The notes: generated by a model from the sequence alone, not told the origin. A stretch of DNA of 64,000 nt from Epiperipatus broadwayi (GCA_028023455.1 JAQFVV010000001.1:16926001-16990000); one strand, 5' to 3'; positions 1-12,584 are shown, counted from the stretch's first letter. Numbers and translations: made by a program.

Positions 1-309
1 AGTACTGTTATAAATGAGAAGGTGTTTGGATTGTCCAATTGTACAAGTCTATTTCACCATTAAAGCTCTCCCAGTTCTGTTATAAATGGCTTTATAGGTA
101 TATATGCTTATTTCTTGGTTTGCATGGCATACCACTTGTAGAGCAGTCACTTTCCCTTCTATCTATTCCTAATCTTTTATTAATTTGTTCAGGCTTAACT
201 ACCTTCATTTCCTAGGATTTATCATCGTGATATGTTAGTGCTCTTTGGGCTGTTATAATTTCTAATTACTAATATATCGATTTATTTATTATGTAAGGTA
301 AGCACTACA

Positions 310-2762
310 CTAGGCAAGGCATGGCCCTAGTTTGATCTGGTTCCAAGTCTGATCGGTTAGCCATGGCTGGCATGTCCTCTTGTCATGGTCCTTGGTGTCA
401 TTTAACAATTTGAAGTATAATACCTCAATATTGTAATCAATACCCTTTTCAAAAGTTACCTTATTTCATGCCAACCAGATGACAAAGTTAACATAAGTTG
501 CCAATCTAACACTGCCAAAGGAGCCCTTTTTAAAAGCTTTCACCATATCCACCCAGGCCCAGTCTTTATCTGTGGTCTTTTGCAATGTCAGGTAGCGTAG
601 TTTATTCCAGGTCTCACATTCCTGAAGAATGTGGGAAATTGTTTCATCGGTTTTCTTGCACAGAGGGCATATCGGATCCATTTTATACCTCCGCTTGTGG
701 TGGAGGAATGCAGCCGTTGGTAGGGCCTCAAGGTTAACTTTAATTATAAAGTCTACTAATTTTGCCTCCAGCTTCCAGAACTTTGTTAACCCTGCAAGCC
801 GCTTGATCCCTAGCTGAAGTCTGGTCTTAGTGATGGGACTGCTACCATTGATTAGAGCATGGGTGTCCCAATAGGAAAGCTTGCCATTGAAAAGGGAATT
901 GGACATTGTTACATTTTTAGTCACGAGTGTGACCTGTTGCTGTAACCAAATGTTACCCTTTCTTGGGGGGGGGCGGTCAGTGGGTTCAACCTCATTTATT
1001 GGTAGGGGGCTTTCCATTTTTGGATTATCCTGAAATAGTTTGGTTAAAATATTGTGGGCTTTCTGGATTAAGAAGGTGTTGATTGAATGGAGTCCGAGTC
1101 CATTTTGTGATTTAGGCTTTTGAAGGGAGTTGAGGCCAATTACTGCTGTTCTCATGCCCCAGCAAAGCCTCCTACATTGAGTCTCCACCTTTTTTATAAA
1201 GGTCTTAGTAGGGGAAAAACCGGCCAGAAAATAAGTGATTTTGGGTAGCACAGCTGCATTTAATAGTGCGACCTTCCCCAACAAGGAGAGTGGGACCTTG
1301 GTTAGGGATGTCACTGTGTTCTTAACCTTTGTGAGAATATTTTCCTCCAGCTCCCTTCTCATGACACTAGGAGGGGAGGCCAGGCTAAAGCCGAGAAACT
1401 TCTGGGGGGGTGCTCGGAATCTCCCCTGGATCTGTTTTCCAGTTCTGATCGACCACATGGCCGATTTCACCTCATTAACTCTTAGACCTGATTCGGAACC
1501 AAATTGATCCAAGAGCTCCTCCAGCCTACCAACCTCATCCTGTGACGAGAGAAACACAGTCACATCATCCATGTAGGATACGTGGCAGACCCTCTCTCTC
1601 AGCAAAGGGATGGCAATTCCCTCAATGGATGCCTCAATGCGTAACAGCAATGGGTTGAGGTAAGCTGTGAAGAGGAGTGCACTCAGTGGCGAGCCCTGTG
1701 GTATTGAAACAGAGGGCTGAAATCCTGGAGCCACTCGGCCATCCAGTGAGAGAAAGATTTCTCTATTCTGTAGAAGATTCTCGATCATTTGGAGATATGC
1801 CTGGGGCACTTGGAGTTTCTCCAGTATACTGAGTAACACATTGATCTGCACACAGTCAAAAGCACCAGCAAAGTCGAGTTGGACCACAACTGGCTGGACC
1901 ATTTTATTCCTGCGTATATGATCCACTATGAGGCGAAACCGACTGATGGCTTCTGCAGTTGAGCTCCCCTTCTTTGCAAATTGGAAGGCTGACAGTTTAT
2001 CAATAATGATCTTCTGTATGTCTTCTTTGATGAGGTTTTCGATTGTTTTTATCAGTAGTGGAATCATGGAAATAGGTCACAGATTCCCCAGCTCACATGG
2101 CCCCTGGGGTTTTTTGAGGAGGGGACCATTGCGACAGGGTAAATCCCACTAATTTCCCAACTGCCATCAGCCAGTATATCCACCATCTTCTTAACAATCG
2201 GTATTGTGAATGAGCTCAGGTGCAGCAGAAGGAATTTTGGGATTCCATGCAGCCCAGGATGTGTGCCATCAGGAAAGGCTCTAAGCGTTGCCAGGATTCT
2301 GGCCTCAGTTATTTTGTGTGGTGTATTTGCCATGGAGAATGTTCTCCTAATTCTGTTAACACCATTGGGATTAAATTTTTTAATGTAATGCTGTCTGATC
2401 CTGAGCAGCATGGATGCACCAACATATTTGTTGCCATCTATCTCAATTGAACCTGGTGCCCTGGATTTGCTGTTGGTTCCAAGGGCCCACTTGAGATAAC
2501 CCCGGGTCCAGCAATGTTGGTGTTCAATGAATTGCTGAGCTCTTTTAATAGAGAGGTATTCAGCAACCTCCCTCTGTATAAGACTGTATTTAATTTTCAG
2601 TTCAATTATTTGGGGAACATTATGAGCCTCATATGGCATATGTTGTAATTTATATGCAATATGGTCCAATTCACTAATTAAGCGTACAGGACCCCTGGAC
2701 TTCTGAATGGATATATTAATGCTGTCAGCAAGGGATTTAATGAAGAGCCTCCAGCCTCTTAT
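310..2762 (-). mobile_element. 5'-truncated L1/Tx1-like non-LTR retrotransposon ORF2 (RT plus C-terminal CCHC zf-RVT), copy 1, nearly intact
   Basis: ORFs 2064..2669 and 466..2067 join into one ORF2. Motifs seen: QLDFAGAFD, IPQGSPLSALLF, YMDD, KFLG, CPLCKKTDETISHILQEC. The frame continues past the stop at 466-468 to a TAG at 310-312. Much more GC-rich than the flanks. The 3' UTR end could not be delimited. Confidence 0.92.
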
Positions 2763-3253
2763 TGTCTAAAAAAAACTTCTTATTTCTTAAATTTCATTTT
2801 AGTTTTTATTGCTATTGTATTTTGTTTATAAATATTATAGAGGGTATTTTTAACAGAAAAATTTTCAGTGCTTTTTTTTTATATCACATTTTATATCTAT
2901 ATAATTAATTTAACAGAATCTGTCTATATAACTAATTTAAGGTTAAGCAGTTATATCATTAGGATTACAATTTTTTTCATTTAATGTAATGCAAGCATTA
3001 GCATATTCAGTTCTGTGTTGCATTTCAATATCCAAGTCTATTTTTTTTTGTACCTAAAATGATAGAAATAATCTCTATTCTCAAGATGCTAATTATCAAA
3101 ATTAAAATCTGCTAAAGATTTTTTTTCTATCACTGGTTGACAGAGCATCTAAATTTTTTGAATATTAATTACTTAAAACCATGCTTTTACAGATTACATT
3201 CAAATCTTTAAGAATGACTTACAAATCATTCTTTGAATAGAAAATATCAATAA

Positions 3254-3325
3254 ACATTGGTGGCCTACAGGTTAGCATAGCTGCCTTCCAAGCATCTGGA
3301 CCAGGTTCGCTTCCCAGTCAATGCT
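3254..3325 (+). pseudogene. tRNA-Gly(TCC)-derived pseudogene / SINE head
   Basis: ACATTGGTGG...GTTAGCATAGCTGCCTTCCAAGCATCTGGACCAGGTTCGCTTCCCAGTCAATGC follows eukaryotic tRNA-Gly-TCC (anticodon loop CTTCCAA, GGTTCG T-loop), with mismatches in the acceptor, D and anticodon stems. Confidence 0.8.
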
Positions 3326-3796
3326 TTGACATATATATATAAATAAAAGTTTTTGTTTTTATTTCTTTCAAAATAAAACCTCACCATCAAATCATATCTT
3401 GATGCATCTTTTACATAAATTGTCTCAAAGTTTTCTTTCATAAAAAGGAAAAGCAATGCTGGCAATTTGTATTTCAAATATTTCAGATGTTCTATTATGT
3501 TAGTGTCAAACCTATTACAATGTTTTTACAAATGTATAGATAAGTCAGTGACACCTGATTTTAAGAATGCATTTGTTGTTTCCAATTAAAAAAAAGGGTG
3601 ATATAAAACTACAATAATGATTCAATATAAAAAATGTACTTTGAATGTTTTTACTGAGTATGTTAACCAAATAAATAAATTAAATGGGTTTAAAGCTAAG
3701 CTACCAAAAATAAGGCTGCATTCAATCTACTGTTTATGCGAATGCTTTAATATTATATTGAGCATAGCAAAGCAAAGATATTTAAATAAGAATAAT

Positions 3797-4124
3797 TAAA
3801 GGGGATTTGAACTAGTCTGTCAAGCTCCTTTTAATCATCCACTCCATCTTATACATGACAACATACACGTGAAAAAGATAAATGATTTCTAAAATGCATA
3901 TTTTTTGCTGAACCAGCACTCATCAGTTGGTCCAGATCATCATCTTCAACACACACATATATAATTAGTGCTCGTTTTATATTAAGGCAGCAAATCTTCA
4001 AACTTTAATGAACAGGCTTCAATCTTCTCCACTCTCTAATTTCATCTAGCTTAAATATATAAATATATATATATACTTGTATTTATATATATAAATATAT
4101 ATATACTATACTTGTATTTAAATA
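3797..4124. mobile_element. Family A hammerhead-bearing non-autonomous element (inverted arm plus forward tail)
   Basis: Flanked by exact 15-bp repeat TTAAATAAGAATAAT (3782-3796, 4125-4139). Homologous to 12268-12584, 31460-31631 and 55671-56050. Confidence 0.75.
3889..3930 (-). ncRNA. Degenerate type I hammerhead ribozyme (family A); GAAA mutated
   Basis: Minus strand reads CCAA CTGATGA GTGCTG-GTT-CAGCA AAAAAA TATGCAT. Core CUGAUGA and stem II are intact; GAAA has become AAAA. Confidence 0.6.
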
Positions 4125-7100
4125 TTAAATAAGAATAATAATGTTGATGAGAATTGATAATTTCGAAGGCATAGAGTAAACGTATAATAGTTTAGAAAGT
4201 CTTCTAGATATTGCATAAACAATTGTTAACTTTAAATAATGCACGTATATAAGATTATCAGAAATTTTTTATTGAGTGTAATATTTATAATTTTTAATGT
4301 AATGTCTAAAAATAAGATATTTAAAGTGAGTTTTTTTTTTGACTATTAGTATAGTGATAAATTTTGGGAAGAAACTACTTAAGACGGGAAGTAAGTCAGA
4401 ATTTACATAAATTCTATGAAATTGTGCCTTAATATGGGGGGGGGGGATTTAACTCTATCTAGACTATATAATTTGTACTATCATATTTTTATGTAAATAA
4501 TCTAAATTTTCAGTTGATATTCCTTTAAATATAAGCTAACAATAAAACCAGAGTGTTATTGCTATAATATTTTGAGAGCTGCTCAACAACATGCACAAAA
4601 CAGCATAATGATTTGATTGAAATTTAATTATGAGTCGATATTAAAAAATCACCAAGCCATTCTTCCAATTCAGAGTCTGACAGCTCATAGATGAGATAGC
4701 AATTTAATGTTTTTTTAAAGATGGATGAATGAATGCATTTATGTGAGTGGGGGGTTTCTTATTATCATGACAAAAAGTAGCAGTAGTGTAATTGTCTCTT
4801 AAGTTCATGACCTAAAGTTTGAATAAAGATGAAGTTTGAAAAGATTTTTTAGATAGTTAAGTATTAGAAGAATAACATTGGTAAAAGTGTAGTTTAGGAT
4901 ATTTTATCTTTCTAGAACTTTTTACAATAGTTTTAAAGTATTTTGTGAATCAAAGTGGAAATTAAAAGAAGTAAACTGAAATTGGGATTCAACATTTTTA
5001 AGATGATATGATTATCACATAATGTTTCAAAGTTTCAAAACATGTTACAAAAGCAATCACATAAAAGCAAAAAAGTCAAGACTAAAAATAAATAATAAAA
5101 TAACTACCTATTACCCAATATAAGCAATTAATGTTATACATCTTTAAAGTGATTTGAGATACTTACAACATAGGATGACTCTGCTTTTCTTGTAAAAAGC
5201 ATGCTCAAATTAACTATAAAATGTTAGCCTTTATATTCTTGGTATGATCAATACAATGAAGATGAACTTTTACAACTATAGATTTAATACCATATACAGA
5301 AAGATCAAAATAAGTACAGATTGAATCCAAGATATTGATATCAGAATTTCAGAATATTATGGAACATTCTCAGAAACTTTCATGTGCCTTTATATCAGAA
5401 TAATAGGGGTTTTATATTATTTATATATAGTAAATTTATTAGAATAGCATCCTTATATACAATTAATTCAATTAAAATAGCTATCTTATTATCATGAAGT
5501 GTGGTTATGGTTTATCTTAGTATTGAACAGCAATAGCCTATTAGAATAATTCTTACAACTCAATATTTAGACCCACATTTTTTCCCAAATAGCTGTTTTA
5601 ATATTTAAATTGAAGCACAATTTGAAATTGGTAAGCATCAGAAAGAAAAGTTGCACAATATTCTTTCATTAAAAATTAAGAAAATAACAGGATTTTTACA
5701 ACCTATTACTTACTCAAACAAATTACTTATAGAGTAGATTCAAATCATTGGGAATATTCTGAATATCTTTTTTTTTAATTTATCAAAGATAGCACAATTA
5801 AAAATAATCTGTGTTAAATATTAAATAACATTGCGATTTTTAATATGTCATTTAGATGGAAGTAAATTACCTTTTATACATGCACTATGAACAATCAGCC
5901 CTTTCCATCAATAAATATTTTAAAAATATGGGTGCCACCCATATTTAGAGCTTACTTTTCAGACATTTACTTATGTAATTATATTGTCTTTTGCTGTATC
6001 AATTTAATCTTTCGTAATTTCTAAGTATGCTTTCTTGTGTTGTTCACGTACTGGGAAACTTTAGTTGAGAATATGCTATTTTAAAAAAAAAAAAACCTTC
6101 AACAGAAACATTTATTTATATTAAAGCATGGGTGTCTTTTCATGGGAAAAGTTTATCATAAAGTGCATTTAATTACAATTATATATATATAAACACATAG
6201 TATTTTAAATTTATTACGTTAAGCAAATTTTCTAAAATCTTTCAACATCTGATTTAGTGATATAATTTAAATTTATTTTTGATTAATCTTTAAGTAACTT
6301 CAAAGGTTACAAATATGCGTCCAATTACCTTAACTTCACCTTAGTTGTCCTTAATATAAACTATTTTCTGGTTATAGTAACACTGACGATAAAATTAAAA
6401 CTTAAGTGTCAAAACAAATTTAAAGTAATTTTTCACAATAACATATGCAAGGTGATAGGTTGCTATATCTTTTAACTCTTAAACATAAAATGTTAAAATA
6501 ATATTACAAAATTATTTTCTAAATCTAAATTATTATCAACATCTAAATCACTATTTTTATTTACATATATATCACTTTTATATTTAATTTCTTTTTATAT
6601 TTAACATATCAGAATAGAGGGTTTTTTTTTTTTTGGCTATTTTCTAAAACGACATTTACCAAATGACTCCTCAGTTAATATATCTGTTTTACTTATCAAC
6701 AACAAAAAAACAAGGTACATTCAAGAAAATAAAATATAACTTTTTACTTTATATGTATTTTATTTTGTTTATTTAAATATTGATTCAATAAAATTGCCCA
6801 AATCTATAATGTATAAGTAGTTAGTTATTACTTATACTAATCATGTATAAGTAAGAGGTTACTTTTTAGCTATGCTTCTTTTCCCCGATTTTATGTTTGT
6901 TTCACAAATAGCACTGTTGAATTTATTTATCATTAGGGGATAGTGATTTTACTATATTTATGTAAATATATACATATATGAAATTTAGAAATTAAGTTTC
7001 AAAGTTAGTGCTGTAATTACAATAATTAAGACAAAGCGCCCTAGCATTCAATGAACTTTATCAGCCAATGCTTAAAAATCTTTTTTAAAAAATTATTTAG

Positions 7101-7439
7101 TAATGAGAGTCAAAAAGAAATTATTAAGAATTATTTTGATGAATTAAGAGAAATTATCTATATTGTACTCTATCACCTGAAAATTTAGTAGGAGCAAGAA
7201 TAATTAACATCCTTAGATGTGTAGTTATTTTTTTAGCATTCATTATTTTAAAAATGTTCTTGGAATTTCCCTTTGCTGCCTAGTGTGAAGAAAACATAGA
7301 TTTCCTGATAAGTAAATACAATTGAAATAATCAATGTGGGATTATATTCCAAAAGCAAGTGAGTTTATTAAAGATCCCAAATCTTGACTTTTTTTTCTAC
7401 TTCCACTTGACACAAATTAGCTGGCTTTAAGTATCTCTT

Positions 7440-7850
7440 TCACAGAAATCAAAAGCTTTGCAAGTTTAAAGCAGACAGGAGGGATAACATTGAAAACTAC
7501 ATCAAAGGCTTAGTCAAGGTAGGGTATGATCATAATTGTTTAATCAAATCCCCTCAAATTTTTTCTACAGTAAACAGCAGGCCTCCAAACCATAACAATA
7601 CCAAAGCATGAATTATTCTTTCATTTATACCTGAAGCATCATGAAAATTAAAAACAATTTGGTCTGAAGAATTCAATGCTGACTTCAAGACCCCTCCTAA
7701 TCTAAATCAATTATTAAATAATACCAAACATAAATTGCTCCAAACAATTCTCTCCAGATCATCTTCAAAATTGACTGCAACCAAACTACTTGCAATAATG
7801 GTGAATCTGATCCCAATAGTACCACTAGCGTAACAAAGACAAGTATATAC
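7440..7850 (+). mobile_element. Decayed Penelope-like element fragment (RT thumb/linker to start of GIY-YIG)
   Basis: Translates, with stops and frameshift, as LVKVGYD...ILSFIPEAS*KLKTIW...FKTPPNLNQLL...FKIDCNQTTCNNGES. This resembles the PLE pattern NGYP...LPYIPGxSEKL...YKIxC..C...GET. Confidence 0.55.
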
Positions 7851-8924
7851 ATATATAAGCATGCAAATACAGACACTGACATAAAGTCAGTATTTTTGTA
7901 GCATGAAATGAATTCTGATCACATTTCAATCCTTAAAATCAAAGTGGTTTGCTCTGAGTATAAAGATCGACAGAGAAAATACAATCAAGTGTGGTTTATC
8001 GCAAACAACACCCACACTATAAATAAAAAGGATTCATGTATTGCTTTATGATGTAAGTGGTATATGCAAATTGATAAATTTGAATGTTAACTAATTTATA
8101 TATTCAGTCACTTACAAATCTGACTTTGTGCTATGAATATGACATGCTTGATCAAAAGCAGTACTACACTCTAGTGTTTTTATAATTTTATCAATCTTTC
8201 TTGTATAGTGAACTATTCCTATTTATTCAATTATTTAAAGACAATTGTGTAGGAAAATACGTTTTAGTTAAAAAATGATTGTTTATTTTAAAATCTATTA
8301 AGGTTTTAACTATATTATTGATATAAAATTTGAGTTTGAAGCATTACTAGGAGAAGATCTGTTAAAGGTCTTGACATTTGTGACATGTAGCAAATAAAAA
8401 TAATTAAATAGTTTAGCACTCAGAAGATCATATATTACAGTCGCAAAATAATAAAGACTAAGCTGTTTTTTTAATGCTTATATATATATAAACAATTAAA
8501 TAAAGACTGCAAAAACTTTAGTTTGCAGATTTATTTCTTGAAATTATATATCTATAGATTGCCTAGCAATTTACCAACGCAATCATTTACAGCAATAAAA
8601 ATACTATTCTACTAGAATAATTAAAGACAATGTTGCTTCATTCCTACTTAATCAAATGAGTTTTTTTGTTCAATTTGAAATTATGGTAAAAGTAGTCATG
8701 AGTTTAATGGTCATACAATCAAAACACATCTCTACATTAACGGTGAAAGCTGCGATATTTTACAATTAGGATTTTTTATTTTATAATCTATGCTTATCTA
8801 ACCAACCAGATTAATCTGGAATATTTATTTTTACATATGCTCAATTACTAACCAATACTTGATATCTAACTTGATTAGTTGTTTGGCTAACTAAAAGAAA
8901 TTCATAAATTTCTTTATGGCTTGA

Positions 8925-8995
8925 ATTTCATCTTGGTTTTGAATCCCCAGTCATGGCCATGGCAAGACAAATACATTAGCTAGTATGCCATGATA
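8925..8995 (-). mobile_element. Possible old tRNA-derived SINE head
   Basis: Minus strand TGGCATACTAGCTAATG...CTTGCCA...GGGGATTCAAAACC has A-box/B-box-like motifs at tRNA-like spacing; heavily decayed. Confidence 0.3.
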
Positions 8996-10225
8996 TTTTT
9001 TTAGATCCTAAAACCGATTTGATAATCAATGTCAAATTCCTAGTTCTATGACTTATTTACATATTTTCTAAAACTTTAAAAGTTAAATTTAGTTTTTTTT
9101 TAAAAAAAACACCCACACCCACATCTAGTTAGCAATTACGCAAGATAAAATTCATCCATAATTTAAAACTGTTTGGTTAAAGTAATTTGTAGGATAGATG
9201 TTTTCTTTTGAATTAAAAAGAAAATACTCAAGATATTGTATGTTTAAAAATTTATATTTAATTTAAATTTAATATTTAGTAATTATTTTTTAATAATTTA
9301 TATTTAAAGTTTTTGAGTTTTGATTTAAAACATGTATACATACTTGATTTATTACATATCAATGCTTTGCTAAAAGTTTAGATTTTATTTTTTGTGGCAC
9401 GTTTAAAATTGTCTCAGTTACCAGTTCAATTTGGGATCTTAAAACTCTCAAGTCAATATTTAGAACAATATATGGACATATTATCTGTAAGTCATGATGT
9501 GATCAAAATGTCATCTCTTTCCTTAAAATTTCTGTAAGTAGCAAATTACATGCCTATAATCTTCAAACCTCTAACTCAATATAAAGTCATATATTCCTTT
9601 TGATTCATCATCCCCTTCGAATTTATTATTATCACATCATTGTGTCAAGATATTTTCTATTTTAGTTACATATTTAATTTTAACAAAAGCTCATTTATTC
9701 GATTCAATTTATATACATAGATTAAGAGTTCTCTTCTTAAGGACTCAAGCAAGCAAACAAACAAAAAAAATCATTATATCTTTTGTTGCTCTCATTTTCA
9801 CGTTTATTTCACTTTTCATATATTTTTTCCTGCCCTTCTAATACCATACATTCCAAAATAAAGATTTTATATTCTCCCCCTCTCCCCTTCTGATATAAAC
9901 TACACCTCCAGTTCAAATTTTTAGCTATTTTCATTTCTTTTTTTTAATATTTCAAATTTCCTGATCTTTGCCAAAATAACAATAAACTTCATTGATATAT
10001 AGTGAAGCCATGGGCACATAGCTTCAATTGCTCACTATTAACAAATGCAAATAAAATGTAAACAAACAAACAAACAAACAAAAAAACATCGAAATTTATA
10101 AACTTATTCAATTTGATGAATCTTATTTTAAGAGAGGTTTAGAGTATATTTGGCTTAAGGACTAATTCTAGTTCAATAGATGATTAATAATAATCAATAT
10201 ATTTACATTAAAATGGTTAAATAAT

Positions 10226-10570
10226 ATGGATTGTAAGAACATTTTGGTAGACAATCTTATATTGAATCAGAAAGTTTTGGGTCTTTATAAAGAATTTAAC
10301 CAAGTATCTGGATCACACAATTCCAAGCTATTCACTGCAAATAGGAGAACATTATATAGATTTCAAAACCATTACAATCTTAAAAAAAATATTAAAATAA
10401 CAGGTGAAAACATCTGAAATACAACTGCTGCTACATTTTAATTGAAATTTTAAAAAATCATTGAAGAAAAAAATATCTATAACAGGTATTTAATTCTGAT
10501 GAAAAGAATTGTCAATGATTATATACACTGCAGAGTACTGCCAATATGTATGTAAATATGCTTTTTCAAT
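10226..10570 (+). mobile_element. RTE-like LINE RT relic
   Basis: ILVDNLIL (FADDIVL-like), EFNQVSG..KL, IKITGENI and HCRVLPI (QCVLPV-like) occur in the order expected for the RTE RT/thumb region. Confidence 0.4.
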
Positions 10571-11539
10571 TTATTATCAATAACATTATTTTTTAAATTT
10601 TTTGTTTATACTAAAATCTTAATTTATATATACATATTATACACATAAAACATCTGTTATATATGCATAAGTATGTAGAAATATATTGTACTATACAATA
10701 AAGAACTCTTGTAATATTATGATCAAGGTTTATCAACAAAACATGAGCTATAATACACCATATATGTCTATACACAAAGAGAGCTTTGAACAAAATATAG
10801 TATAATTCATAAGTTCATTGTATGATACTTTTTTTTAAATAATCTATTTTAATTCATATATCATAGTCTTCCAAATATTGTAAATTTGTTTTTAAATTTT
10901 TTTGTATTAAAAAAGTTAATTTACTTTTTCTTTGAATAACCTCATTTTCTGGTTCAAGTTTCGATTCAGTGTAAATCTATCTACTTCCAATTGTATTCTA
11001 TTTAAAATTTCTGAGTTCCATGGTTAATACAAAATACATTCTTTTTAAATGTTAAAGCAGATAGAATAATTTATTACAAAAGATTTTACATATCTCTATT
11101 TTTTTATATAAAAAATATATTTGATTTTTAAGCATTTTCATTTTATTTTTCTGTTTTTTTTCCCTTACTTAAAGAAGCACCTACATTTTTATACTTTTCC
11201 AATTTTCTAAATGAATATTCCAATTATCAATAAACTGATTTTAGTATTTTTTCAGCATTGCCATCCAAAGCTCAATTAAGAAATATTCTTTTCTTATTTA
11301 ATTGGTTGTAAATTAAAATAGAGGTCACTACTATTTTATATATTTGAGAAATATAGTAAGTATGCAGAAGATTTGGATAAAGACTTTATATCAGTATATT
11401 TGTTCAAAAGGTGGGATGATGGAGTTAGGATAATTGTTGAGTGTTATAGTGGCAAAGAATGGGATAGAAGAATAGATGTAATAAAAATAGGGAATTGGAG
11501 AGCTGGAGAATTAGTATAGAGAGTAAAAAAAGTTTAAAT

Positions 11540-11750
11540 ATATATATAAGTGAACATAATATTGGGTGTGAGTTAATTTACTATAATAGCAATGAAAGTA
11601 GTTTACTATTTAAGGCTCAAAGAAGATAGTTAGCAACAAGGGATTATACATATAAATGGAGAAATGTGTATGATTTAGTCTGCAAGTTATGTATGAAAGG
11701 CATGGGAAATATTAGGCATCTTCTAATTGAATATAAGCAGGAAGGGTACA
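11540..11750 (+). mobile_element. 3' end relic of a non-LTR retrotransposon (CCHC zinc knuckle)
   Basis: YYNSNESSLLFKAQRR*LATRDY...VCKLCMKGMGNIRHLLIEY resembles LINE C-termini of the form YDNSxGSxLLFEAR...CxxC...EHLxxxC. Confidence 0.55.
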
Positions 11751-12267
11751 AATAATAAAGTTGTGGAAGAATAATTATAAACAAAGTGATTGTGGGCTCT
11801 TGGTTTTTATGTTGGGTTTTGAAAAAGATAAGGGGGATCTAGATATAAAGGCCATAGAGTGAACAAGGATGATGTTGTAAAAATGGGATGGAGCAGAATA
11901 GGAAATAATATGGGAAAAACTTAGGCTGGGGGATGGAAAGGAAAGGTATGTTGGCTAACAAGTTTTTCTTGGCATAGTGGCTGAAAGATTCCTAACTTCA
12001 ATAAAGGAGAAGCCATAGTGTATCACATCGCATCACATCGTATGCTTCAAGTAGAGTAACTTAAATATTTGTTATTATAAACGCCTCTATAAGTTTGCAT
12101 CTTTTTGAAAAAATGTTTTTAAATTTTTAGGATTAAATGTTTCAGAATTTAATTAAATTCTGAGTAAATACTAGAATCAATCTGACATTCAACCATTGCA
12201 CTAAGTCACACGGGGTACGTCTATTATTAGTTCTGTTTAAAAATCGGTTATTATATATAATGTAATT

Positions 12268-12584
12268 AGAGGCGATTTGATTCCAGATTTTCAAGCTCCC
12301 TTAAGTCATCCATTCTATCCTATATAACCGATATACATGAACCACATAATGTGAAAAAGATAAATGATGTCCAATATACGTATTTCTGCACCAACTGATG
12401 AGTAGCTGGTTCAGCAAGAAATACATATATTGGAAATCATTTATCTTTTTCACATGTATGTGGTAATGTGTATCGGTTGTATAAGATGGAGTGGATAACT
12501 AAAGGGATCCTAAAAGTCTGGGTTTAAATTCCCCCTAATTACATTTAGCTTAAATATATATACAATACTTGTATTTAAACATTG
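12268..12584 (+). mobile_element. Family A hammerhead-bearing palindromic non-autonomous element (best copy)
   Basis: ~120-bp inverted arms (12268-12389 vs 12415-12536) around the HHR core, 48-nt tail, and a 14-bp direct repeat with one mismatch (TATATAATGTAATT 12254-12267; TATATAATATAATT 12585-12598). Confidence 0.8.
12391..12433 (+). ncRNA. Type I minimal hammerhead ribozyme (family A)
   Basis: CCAA-CTGATGA-GTA GCTG GTT CAGC AA-GAAA-TA CA TAT-A-TTGG. Stem I CCAA/TTGG, core CUGAUGA and GAAA, stem II GCUG/CAGC, short stem III, predicted cleavage after 12429. The inverted arm preserves a palindromic stem III, ATACGTAT. Confidence 0.75.

Noticed and set aside
629-2450. Plus-strand ORFs 629..817, 1235..1507, 1928..2152, 2206..2388, 2220..2450
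   Set aside because: Antisense shadows of the GC-rich L1 ORF2.
4605-4760. Minus-strand possible terminal exon (YLIYELSDSELEEWLGDFLISTHN*)
   Set aside because: Protein-like, but the acceptor is weak, there is no partner exon and no recognisable homology; cannot be supported.
7697-7882. Hydrophobic 61-aa ORF resembling a membrane protein
   Set aside because: Antisense of the Penelope fragment.
10486-10547. AG/GT-bounded candidate exon YLILMKRIVNDYIHCRVLPI
   Set aside because: Continues the RTE RT relic; no polypyrimidine tract.
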